Of a stretch of DNA of 64,000 nt, positions 19,695 through 29,423 are shown piece after piece. The notes under the pieces are model-generated. The model saw nothing but the letters and a program-made list of their open reading frames with translations. It was not told the origin of the DNA and did no database searches. Each line of letters opens with the position of its first letter. The first letter of the stretch is position 1. The position numbers and the translations under genes were made by a program. Source of the DNA: Tetramitus jugosus (Eukaryota; Protista; Heterolobosea); NCBI GenBank assembly GCA_937625935.1, contig OW569380.1, positions 248,001 to 312,000 of the forward strand, given 5' to 3'.

Positions 19695-21263
19695 ATGGAA
19701 AAGAAATATAATGAATTGCATGGAGACCTCATCGTTGAAGTTCTGTCCTTTCTCCCAATTCCTGATTTTTGTAATGCAAGGTTGACTAATCACGATTGGA
19801 ACAATGCTTCATTGAAGAGTCATGAAACATGGGCAAACATGTATGAGCGATTAACTCAATGCAATCTACCACGGAGCCATCTCTTCCAGACCGTTACACT
19901 CTATTCGAATCATCCACTGTTTCGTGACCATCCTCTACTGTGGCAAAATAAGAGAATGCGTCTCTATGAGACATTGAATTTGTCCTTGGAGACTCATACC
20001 GGATGGGAGATTGACGAAGCTCTATTGGAGTATTGGAGACTTCGAACAAATCCACATGTTGAACAATGGACAAAGCACTTTACAAAAGAAGCGGACAAAA
20101 ACAAGAATGTCGATTCAGAGGAGACAGCACCATTCCTTACACGACAAGCTTGTTCAGGAGCATCAGACGAATGTTCATTGATTATTGAAAAGGAGAAGGA
20201 GGATTTTCTCGATAACTACGACACTGACATGTACAAGAATCAACCCTATCATTACTTCTCAGTTGTGTTTCAACAGTTGAAACTGGGAGAAGAGAAGAGA
20301 GGTACCAAACACAGTATCCAACAGTGGACGAAATGGGGCGTACAGTGGCACAACGTTGTCAGTGTTTGTAAACTCGTTATAGTCATTCCTTTGGTGGTCT
20401 TAATGAGTGTTGCTTTATGTCTGTTGGGCTTCTTTAAGACGTTTTCATACAGCGCGGAATACCCCAACATCGAAGAGCTATCCTATCATGTCTTGTTTGG
20501 TCTATTGTATGGTATTTGGACTCTCAAGTTTGGTGCAGATTTGATTCACTATGTGCAACACATCTTCTTTGCGAAAGCTGGATTGCACACATATGAAACT
20601 GTTGAAAAATTGGTTAGGAACATGCTACATACAGTGCTAATGCTCACTTTAGGAACTGTTTCGATTCTGCTATTTCATTTGAGAGCGATTAGTGTGCTGA
20701 CAATCCCTACTTCTGCGACCGTGGCTCTCATACCAATCATGCTCCTGGTCTTGAGTGTCGTAGTACTATTCTGGATCGATTCAAAGGATGTTCGCCACTA
20801 CCTAAGTTCTCTATACTCAGTAGGAAAGGTTATGCTTTGTATTTGTGCATTACTTGTCTTAGAGGCAATCATCATAACACTGGGTTTCCGTATCGATCAA
20901 TTCGTCAAAGTCAACTATGTGGTGCTATTCTTGCCGGTTGACCTACTATTTGTTGTTGTGCTGGTTCAGTTTGTTGTAACATCACTGGCATGTGCATCAA
21001 GGGGCGGTAGGCGAGAATTGAAACTCAGTGGAGTATCCTTCATGGATGTGTTCTACATTTGGACTTCTCTTGTTCTGTTAAGTTTAATGATGGTGATTCA
21101 AATCTTTTTAGGTACGCCTGAGCTGGACTCTGGATATTGTTTTATCTGTTTAGCCATCATGGCTCTCGTCTGGGGTATTGAATCGGCAGTGACCACCCTT
21201 TCTGAGCTTTCTTTCCAACTCAGAAGTTCGGAGGATCTGGAAAACAACCAATTTCGAACATAA
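19695..21263 (+). CDS. F-box protein with C-terminal multi-pass membrane domain
   Basis: LHGDLIVEVLSFLPIPDFCNARLTNHDW F-box; ~8 hydrophobic helices in the C-terminal half. Confidence 0.8.
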   Translation: MEKKYNELHGDLIVEVLSFLPIPDFCNARLTNHDWNNASLKSHETWANMYERLTQCNLPRSHLFQTVTLYSNHPLFRDHPLLWQNKRMRLYETLNLSLETHTGWEIDEALLEYWRLRTNPHVEQWTKHFTKEADKNKNVDSEETAPFLTRQACSGASDECSLIIEKEKEDFLDNYDTDMYKNQPYHYFSVVFQQLKLGEEKRGTKHSIQQWTKWGVQWHNVVSVCKLVIVIPLVVLMSVALCLLGFFKTFSYSAEYPNIEELSYHVLFGLLYGIWTLKFGADLIHYVQHIFFAKAGLHTYETVEKLVRNMLHTVLMLTLGTVSILLFHLRAISVLTIPTSATVALIPIMLLVLSVVVLFWIDSKDVRHYLSSLYSVGKVMLCICALLVLEAIIITLGFRIDQFVKVNYVVLFLPVDLLFVVVLVQFVVTSLACASRGGRRELKLSGVSFMDVFYIWTSLVLLSLMMVIQIFLGTPELDSGYCFICLAIMALVWGIESAVTTLSELSFQLRSSEDLENNQFRT

Positions 21264-21275
21264 AAAAACGGAAGC

Positions 21276-21812
21276 ATGACAACTCCATCCTCTGACGACA
21301 AGATTTTAATTACTAGTTCTCTCAATGGCCATCCAAGTTTCTTACAAGATGCCCTATCGATCCGTCGCAAGGTCTTTGTCGACGAACAGAAAATTGTGAC
21401 TGAAGATGAAGAATTTGACTGTAATGACACATTGGACAAGATTTTGAGTGGTGAGTGTGTTCATTTGATTGCAAAGAAAAGTGGGGACAACCAAGACTTT
21501 AGGGGCACGATGCGAGTTCGAAGAGTGTCGACTGAGGACTCTGAGCTCTTAATGAAGTGGAAGGTTGAAAGAGTGTGCGTTTTGTCAGAGTTCAGAGGTC
21601 AAGGTATTGCCAGAGCATTGATGGACTATGCGATGCAAAACATCATATTGGAGCTGTTCAATCAGAGTGACAAGCAGAAATTGGTTGTCGTTCTGCATTC
21701 TCAGGCACCTGTTGTTCCATTTTACAGGAACTGTGGCTTCAAGGAGGAAGGTGAAATCTTCTTGGAAGAGAACTATCCTCATCAGAAAATGACATATTGT
21801 GTCCAGAAATAA
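21276..21812 (+). CDS. GNAT acetyltransferase (ElaA/YjcF-like)
   Basis: IRRKVFVDEQ, RVCVLSEFRGQGIA, HSQ..VVPFY..GF, E...PH..M. Confidence 0.92.
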   Translation: MTTPSSDDKILITSSLNGHPSFLQDALSIRRKVFVDEQKIVTEDEEFDCNDTLDKILSGECVHLIAKKSGDNQDFRGTMRVRRVSTEDSELLMKWKVERVCVLSEFRGQGIARALMDYAMQNIILELFNQSDKQKLVVVLHSQAPVVPFYRNCGFKEEGEIFLEENYPHQKMTYCVQK

Positions 21813-21867
21813 AGAATCAAATGAGAGATGGAGTACAATTACAATATCAGATTTTAATATGATCATC

Positions 21868-23313
21868 TTACAATGCTCGTAGAGAGGTTTCAATCATTTG
21901 TTTTAAGCTCTTTGCGTCCACCGTGTTCGAAAAGCTACCTTGAATCATTGTAGCTGCACCACCTCCTTTTCCTGGTGCCTCCTTGAACATATCCTTGATC
22001 CAATTTCTCAAATCAATAATCTTATCCTTGACCAAGTCATCTGATGCACCAATCATGAAATTGACAGCGTTCGAGCCTTCAGATGGCGAAAGCAGAGCGA
22101 CAACACATTCGGATGCAAACACTGGTTCTCTGACCAGCTTTCTCATGTTGCCCAAATCACCAAGAATGGACAACTCATCACTCATAACCTGTACACACAA
22201 ATCAAAGGATGCAGATTGAGATGGACTTGCACCGGCATGAATCTCCTTTGCCACCTTTTGAACCAAAAGCTTTTCAGCGTCAGAAAATTGTTTTCTGACG
22301 TTGGCACTCGCATCCAACGAAGCAACAAGTGCTTGTTCGACACAATCTGGGGCACAACAGAGCTTCAACGCCATTTGCTTCAATGTTTGAGCACTGGCAG
22401 TGGCATAGGCAGTGACCCTGACACCACAAATAAACGACAAGCGTGTCATCTTCTTCATCTTCTCTGTTCCCAAGATGATCAATGATCCCACTTCTGACGA
22501 GTTACTTGGATGAGTTCCGCAACATGGCTGAATATCCACACAGTCCTCATCACTCTTCACTTCGTGATCATCCCCACCAGGAGAAATCCGAATGATTCGA
22601 ATGGGCTCCTGAACCACCTTGGCATCCAACGCCTTTCTCAAACTCATCCCATTCACCTCTGATATCGTATGGAAGGAGCTAGAGACACTCGCACGGGACA
22701 AGATCGTGTCATTGACTGCTGCTTGTACACGGGACAATAGCTCTTCGCTCAAATTGTCAGAATTGAGGTCAATGTACGATATTTTCTTGCTCATGTGGAA
22801 CGAATGAGTATCAATGTTGGCCAATCTCTGAAAAGTAGCACTCAAAATGTGTTGTCCATGATGCTGCTGCATGTAATCCCTTCTCGTCGGCCAATCAATT
22901 TCTCCGACAATTTGGGCGCCAACCTTGAATTTTTCCGATTGTAAAGAACCACTCTGCGCTGGATCAATGAGATGAACAACACGTCCAACTGGCTCTTCAA
23001 CAACCACATTCACAACATTCAAAGTCACTTGTTGTTGTCCACCATTCTCATCATCAATCAACAGTTGAATCGTACCAATATCATTCAATTGACCTCCACT
23101 TGTTGGATAAAATGCACTCTGATCAAGCACAATACCCAAAAAGCTTTCACTCTTCTTTTGCTTGTTGTTCTTGTTGTGAGTGTCTCCAATGACTTCATAG
23201 TTGGGTTCAATAGAGGTGATTGTGGCAGTGAACTGAGTGAGGTAAGGATCCAAATGATACAATCGTTTCGTGTGTTGTTGATTTTCTGTTTCTGTGTTGT
23301 TGTTGTTGGTCAT
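21868..23313 (-). CDS. alanyl-tRNA editing protein (AlaX-L/AARSD1-like)
   Basis: FYPTSGGQ..D.G, MQQHHGQH, CCGTH, C-terminal GKGGG DHHA1-like motif. Confidence 0.92.
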   Translation of the reverse strand: MTNNNNTETENQQHTKRLYHLDPYLTQFTATITSIEPNYEVIGDTHNKNNKQKKSESFLGIVLDQSAFYPTSGGQLNDIGTIQLLIDDENGGQQQVTLNVVNVVVEEPVGRVVHLIDPAQSGSLQSEKFKVGAQIVGEIDWPTRRDYMQQHHGQHILSATFQRLANIDTHSFHMSKKISYIDLNSDNLSEELLSRVQAAVNDTILSRASVSSSFHTISEVNGMSLRKALDAKVVQEPIRIIRISPGGDDHEVKSDEDCVDIQPCCGTHPSNSSEVGSLIILGTEKMKKMTRLSFICGVRVTAYATASAQTLKQMALKLCCAPDCVEQALVASLDASANVRKQFSDAEKLLVQKVAKEIHAGASPSQSASFDLCVQVMSDELSILGDLGNMRKLVREPVFASECVVALLSPSEGSNAVNFMIGASDDLVKDKIIDLRNWIKDMFKEAPGKGGGAATMIQGSFSNTVDAKSLKQMIETSLRAL

Positions 23314-24113
23314 TTTTCTTCTTTTTGCTTTGTTGTTTTTTGGCGGCTTGTTTTGGCGGGATTACATTGGTCGGAGTAAAAGAAGGAGATAGTGAAGCTT
23401 GATTCTGGGCAACTCAGAGCTAATGTCTCGAGCGCCCATATCCTTTCCCTGAAGAGATTAGAGATTACATGTACAATCTCGGACACCAGAGCAGGTTCAA
23501 AAAAAAGGAACAGGATTGGAAAAATGTGAAAACAGAAGAAATAGCGACGCATGGAAAATGTTTGGGCCGCCGCACGACGCGCTTGCCTCAGACTCATGTT
23601 TCATGTTTGGTTGTGACTGTTTGCTTGCACAATCAGTCATGTGTCACAATGCAGTACACGACTCAGATTCAACGGTTTGGACGCGCGTAGCTCGATCGCC
23701 TGGGAAACCTCTTCCTGCAGGGTAATTAACAGCAGAAAGTCCAAATGTCGACAAATGTTGGCCCCCATCCCCAAAGACAACGTATTTTCTTTGAGCAGCT
23801 CCTTCCTATCTTATTCGACAAAATTCGGTAAAAAAACATGGACGCCCTGGCATAATCCTCTTTTAGTGGTACGATACAAATGGGGAAGAAAAGGAGGATT
23901 TCGAATCGCATGCAACCATTCTCCGGAGAACAGCGCACCTTTATCTGTGCAAATGTTCCTCTGAGAGAGGCAATACCGCTCTGAGTGAGAACGTTTGTTT
24001 CATTACTCGTTCAAACTGAGAGAAACAAAACGAGTCCACATAGCCACACCGCATAGCACCCACTCTCATACGTGTACCCTATATCATTATCCAACTAAAA
24101 TACAAAAAAAATC

Positions 24114-25277
24114 ATGGCACTCAAATTTCATGCTTACAAGCCAAAAAAACCCACTGGCTCAACTGCCTCAGCTACGACCACCAACACTTCATCTTCTCCT
24201 CAAAGAGATAATGTGAACCATAGCTCAGAGCTTCAGCGAGGTCAATCTCCAACTTCTTCGCCACACCCGCTGTCTCCATCGTCAAAAAACAACAGCAACC
24301 ACAGCGACAACAACAATGGCTCTTTTGGTCATAGCAACAGCACTGAGAGCTCAACTACAACTGTCACCATGTACAATATCTCAAATTCTAGCGCGAAACA
24401 ATTGCCAAAGCTACATCCTCACCAACGAAACGCATCATCGCCATCATCATCATCATCTTCATTCTCACCCATCACGACTACAGCAACGGCAACTGCCACT
24501 ACCACTACGATAGCAACAAGCAGCACTACATTAGCAACAACATCATCAACGAGAATGTCTCCTTCCTTTCAAAACAACAACAACAACAATATTAACAACA
24601 ACAATAACTATAATAACAACAATAACAATCACATGAATAGCTTTGCAACAACGATACGGTCATCTCCTCCTCCCTATTATCAACATCATCAACAAGAGCT
24701 TCAAGAACAAAATTGTACAATAACAGAAGAACAAGCACATGATGAACAAAATGGGTCTCCTCAACGGTCACCTTCCTCTCATGAATCACCTCCTTTATCA
24801 AGCAATGCACCTCCACCAGGAGACACATCCATGATGGCCAACAGTGAACCTCAATGGTTCATTTATCAACCATCCAATCAACCAAAGAATGCCACACGGA
24901 ATATCGCTGGTTCCAATTATAGTCTTGTCAAGACTGTTGCCAAACCAAAGAAGGATGGCGTTGGAGGCACAAGAAATCGAAGCAATAGTAGAGGTAATGG
25001 AACGAGTTCTAGTTCACCTACTTCAGGACGGAATAGGTCAAATAGCAGGTCTTCACCTACCGTTTTATCATCGTCGTCATCAGGGTCTCCAACAAGCAGT
25101 AGTAGAACAAGAGCTACGACGCGGATTCCATCCCCATCATCGTCAGTGGCAACAAGAAACAGCTATCACAATGAGGGCATTCAAAAAGTGACGACAGTCG
25201 CAACGACAAGAGAGGCAGAGCTACAGAGGAAAAAGAAAGCTTTGGAGCGTATCGCCATTGCCAATTTGATCAACTGA
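24114..25277 (+). CDS. low-complexity Ser/Thr/Asn-rich disordered protein
   Basis: 387-aa ORF with poly-N/S/T; ends ERIAIANLIN; AATAAA at the stop. Confidence 0.75.
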   Translation: MALKFHAYKPKKPTGSTASATTTNTSSSPQRDNVNHSSELQRGQSPTSSPHPLSPSSKNNSNHSDNNNGSFGHSNSTESSTTTVTMYNISNSSAKQLPKLHPHQRNASSPSSSSSSFSPITTTATATATTTTIATSSTTLATTSSTRMSPSFQNNNNNNINNNNNYNNNNNNHMNSFATTIRSSPPPYYQHHQQELQEQNCTITEEQAHDEQNGSPQRSPSSHESPPLSSNAPPPGDTSMMANSEPQWFIYQPSNQPKNATRNIAGSNYSLVKTVAKPKKDGVGGTRNRSNSRGNGTSSSSPTSGRNRSNSRSSPTVLSSSSSGSPTSSSRTRATTRIPSPSSSVATRNSYHNEGIQKVTTVATTREAELQRKKKALERIAIANLIN

Positions 25278-25516
25278 ATAAAAAGAGTAACCATTCAAAC
25301 CCTTTTCAGATGAAAAGTGCGCTGTAAATGATTCTTTCGAATCGGAAAATTCCATTTCGATGGCACTGTACATTGTTGACCGGTTCAATTTTATATCGAA
25401 TCAGTCGACTACCCTACTTATTTTGTATCGCGTAACTTTTTTTGGAGGCCGTATCGCGATTGGTCCACTCAAACAAAAAGAAACAACTTTGTTCGTATTG
25501 AGTCATTCATGAGACC

Positions 25517-25774
25517 ATGCTCGACAACGTGATGTACAGTGTTGTGAAATGGAAGGCCAATAAAACCATTGACAATGTGTCAAAGGATCTGTTCGGGGAC
25601 CAGGAAGCCGAGAAGAAGAAAAAAGAGAAAAAGCCAAATGTGTTCCAATCGTTCGCTAGCTCAATTCAAGAAAAGGTGGAGGATTTCACAGCTGATCAAG
25701 AAAAGAAGCGATTTCTAAAGAAGAAGAAGAAGGAAAGAGAGAAGGAGAAAAAGAAGCAAGAGAAGAAAAAGTAA
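25517..25774 (+). CDS. small Lys/Glu-rich protein
   Basis: 85-aa ATG ORF with coding-like composition. Confidence 0.6.
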   Translation: MLDNVMYSVVKWKANKTIDNVSKDLFGDQEAEKKKKEKKPNVFQSFASSIQEKVEDFTADQEKKRFLKKKKKEREKEKKKQEKKK

Positions 25775-26627
25775 ATCTTCCCTAAATATTCGTTGTATTT
25801 TGCAGAACAATATATATGAGAAAGAGGTTTCATTTAAGGTAGAGGAGATTGAGAAGATATACGGATATAGAAAGAGGTGTGTTATCCACCATTCAATGAC
25901 ACAGCAACTTGATAAACCGTTAACCAATAAATATGAAAGCAGGAACTACTGAACGAAAAAGCAGTGAGCCATTTCTTGATGATATTTCATATGGATGGAG
26001 TTCTTATGGTGTAGTTTGTTTCCCAATGTCTCTGATACAGAGAAGGTGCACTCGACATTATCACTACTTCTGATGCACTCCTTCTTGAAACTCTTACAAG
26101 TTCTTATCTCTTCTAAGTCGTCAGATTTCATCGTATTATAGTCATTGTGTCGCAAGAAAGCAATTACTTCACTTCCGAGTCATAGTCGAATAGACCTGTA
26201 ACACCAGAAAGAGTGGAGGATGAAGAGAAATTGCCTAAGGACTACTCGGTGTCATGTGTAGAACTGATCCCTGATAAAGCATGATAGATCATCCTTCGTT
26301 CTTTCTTGATATACTTTGACCGTTGTCTCATTGACTGGCACCTCTTTGAGTTCAAATCCATTTCGAGTCAATCGCTGTGCTTTCAACAGTGAGTAACGCC
26401 AATGATGAGAACGGAGAGGTTTTCTGTTCTTCACCGTTTCTTGTTGGCGCTAGCCACTAACGAGGTCCTCCCAACTTTTTATGAACTTAAATCGTTAAAA
26501 TGAATGAAAGAAAAACTGAGATGATGAAGGACGAGATTCCATTGTACTGAAGAAATTGCATCACTAGTTCAAGAATTTTCACTGAATTGTGCTTAGTCAA
26601 GCGCTACCATGACTTAAACTGTAACAT

Positions 26628-26888
26628 ATGAATGAACGCTCATCTTCCCCTGGAAAGTTTCTTGTTCCTCAAGAACTCAGTCATACATATCTTCCTCTTC
26701 TACGTCCTCTGATTCAAAAATACTGAAACTGAAGCTACCATGTTGGTAAAGTATGGATTCCTCCTTCTCACATGGATCTTTTTGTGGAAACTCAAGTCAA
26801 GTTGGACAAAGATCAATGGGAAGTTGCAGACTCGATCAATTGGACAACTTCTTGGAGGAAAGCATCAGAAGATGACGATCAACGATAG
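26628..26888 (+). pseudogene. possible frameshifted F-box gene relic
   Basis: Pieces VPQEL / VIHIFLFY / ILKLKLPCW lie in different frames with stops. Confidence 0.3.
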
Positions 26889-26995
26889 AGAAAAAGTAAA
26901 CCTGTAGTAGGTGAAATTTTACTGTTGTTCTATGGTACATATTTTTAAGTTGTTTGAAGGACGATCATTGTCTTTTTAGAGTCAACTTCGCATCT

Positions 26996-27427
26996 TCACA
27001 CATCGTCATTGTAATCATCGTCATTTTGAGTAAATTGAGGTCTTGTTGTAATGTCTGGATTAGGGTCACCTCTGCTCGCACTGGTCCCTGGAGGACCAAA
27101 TGGATCATATCGTGCTTCTGGCGTTTCAACATCGTGCTCTCCTCTTACAGGGATTCCAGACGGGTGGTGAGGAGGTGTTCTCTTCTCTGTTGAGTGCGAG
27201 TAGGAGAAGATTGGATGGTCAGGTCCGACTTGACTCCCTGGGAAATCTTTATTGTTCGCTGATGAGGAGTCAGAGGATGGGGCACTTGGGTTAAGGTCCG
27301 AACCACCGACCGTTGGTCGTTTGTGGCTCTGGTCTTGTGCTACTCCAGAAGAAGAAGGCTTGCTCATTGTTGGTTTTGGGCCATACATGCCACCGTGGGT
27401 CGATCCAGGAAAGTTAAGGTTGCTCAT
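26996..27427 (-). CDS. PI31 (PSMF1)-like proteasome inhibitor, C-terminal Pro-rich region only
   Basis: VGGSDLNP, VGPDHPIF, ARYDPFGPPG, GDPNPD motifs in PI31 order. Confidence 0.72.
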   Translation of the reverse strand: MSNLNFPGSTHGGMYGPKPTMSKPSSSGVAQDQSHKRPTVGGSDLNPSAPSSDSSSANNKDFPGSQVGPDHPIFSYSHSTEKRTPPHHPSGIPVRGEHDVETPEARYDPFGPPGTSASRGDPNPDITTRPQFTQNDDDYNDDV

Positions 27428-28447
27428 TGGATTTTCAGTTAATACTGCTTTTTCGAGTATACTTGTTGAACTCAGTTGTGTGATTGTATTCGATCTCGTT
27501 TTTGTTCACGTTGGGCCCAGCGGTCCTTGACAAAAAAGGATTGGCCAACCCAAACAATTCAGGAAGTATATTTTTAGGAAGTGTGCAACAACAGTTACCC
27601 AAAGCTCGCAACAGTAATTTGCGACGCCGTCCGCTTTCACATGCGAATGAACAATGCAAACTCAAGCTCCTGTTTCACCAGAAAACGAACCATACACTCT
27701 AAAACTTGTTAGTCCAACACCTGCTTCTGGTGAAACGAGTTCTCCGTAGAAGATACCCTTCAGATCCGTTTTTTTTCGTCGCATGTGGGGAGTAACCCAT
27801 GTATGGTGATTGTTTCTGCTTGTAAAAAATCTCCGACTGATTATTTCACCTTGGTTGCTCCGTTTTTGTGGTGATTGTCATCCAAGAGAAGAAAGCGCAA
27901 CGAGAGCAAGGACAAACAGCAAGAAACACAATCAGAAACACAGCAAAGAAGAAGAATGGTATGACGAACAACATAGTTTGTCTCTTGAGACTATGGATTG
28001 ATTGCGCAAGGTACGCCTTCCTTTTTTTGTGTGAAAAATGATGTTGGTTTTTTCTTTTTTCGTGAATCACTTTTTGCTTTTTCACACAGATAATTTGAGC
28101 CCTTGAGATGAGAGGTTGCTGTTCAGAATACGTCTCACGACACTAGCGTGGGAGAGTGTGCACTTGAGCTTGCGGTAGCGCCTATTCAAACACTGAGAGG
28201 GAGGTTTTATGTCCCAAGAGTCAAGCCATCCATACTCTTATCATTTCAAGCCACACATCTGTTCTTCACAAAGAACACAAGGTTACTATACTTTGATGTG
28301 CTCTCGAGGAACCAACTGACCGACCACCAAGGGTCATAAAACCTTCTTTTGAGTGTTTCAATGCGTGCACCAGAGCAGCAACAAGAGTCACTCTCTCCCC
28401 AAGACTCATATTCATTCAATAAATCTATGTACAAAATGATTTTACTA

Positions 28448-29215
28448 CTACTGGAAAGAACAACATGAATTTTGGTCTTTGGCACCATTGTAAAAAGCTT
28501 TGGAGTGAAAGCTTAAATCATCTGATTTACCCACCAAATCATCCATTTTCTCTCCCTTTTTCAACACATTGTCCAAGCACTGATTCATGAGAGTGGTTGT
28601 TTCTTCCAAATCACTCTTTACCTTTAGCAAGTCATCTGCTTCTGTTGGATTTTGATACTTTGTCAACAGAGTATCCATTGCTTTCAAGTGAAGGCAATCA
28701 TCACTCAAGTCATCCGTCTTCCAACGACTCGATGGCACACTCTTCTCATATTCAAGCAATGCTTGCATGACAACACTGAAAGCTACACGTGGAGGATAGG
28801 TAGAATCAGTGATGAGCACACAACAAATACCGTTCACGCGCGAATGAGCGTAGCACATGTTGCCCTTCTCAATCACTTGTTGTCTCTCACCAGGATTCGT
28901 TCTCTTGGCCAACAACCGACTAATAAATGTGACAAACTCGCTGACACTGTATCACAATCAATCAGTGTTCAACATTCAGAAAAAATTCGTGGGGGTGTGA
29001 GATTTTTTCAATCGTAAAGCGCGGAACGCCGCGTCGATGAAAAACGCGCCGAATTTCTCCGCGCATTAAATCAAAAAACAATCAACAAACCTTGATCTCT
29101 GAAAAAAGCCAAAGTCAGATAAATCTGTGCTCGTAGAAAGAATGACAGGCTCAATATTTTGACTCTCATCATAACCCTCCCATTTTATAATATTCAATGC
29201 TAAAATCTTCACCAT
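28448..29215 (-). CDS. YKT6: Ykt6 longin R-SNARE (exons 29215-29091, 28946-28448; 207 aa)
   Basis: DLSDFGFFQRSSV, YPPRVAF, KYQNP..AD, GEKMDDLV.KS, C-terminal CCSFQ; GT-AG intron 29090-28947 restores the frame. Confidence 0.93.
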
Positions 29216-29423
29216 TTTGTTTTCGTTTTTTGCTTGCTTGATTTTCTCAATTGGAGTTCTGAGTCAGTCCCGACATCGGAGCAAAACCTGTCATGTATTT
29301 TTGTTTTCTCATTTTGGTGCCGGAACAAAATGTCTATTGTTAGCTCACAAGTCACTTCCACCAAAAAACGCACCAACAAAAAAAAAGCTGTAGTTGCTGA
29401 TCAACACACACGAACAAAACATC

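Noticed and set aside
26628-26888. TGA recoding or selenoprotein
   Set aside because: TGA terminates many clear genes here and no SECIS-like element was seen; a frameshifted relic is more parsimonious
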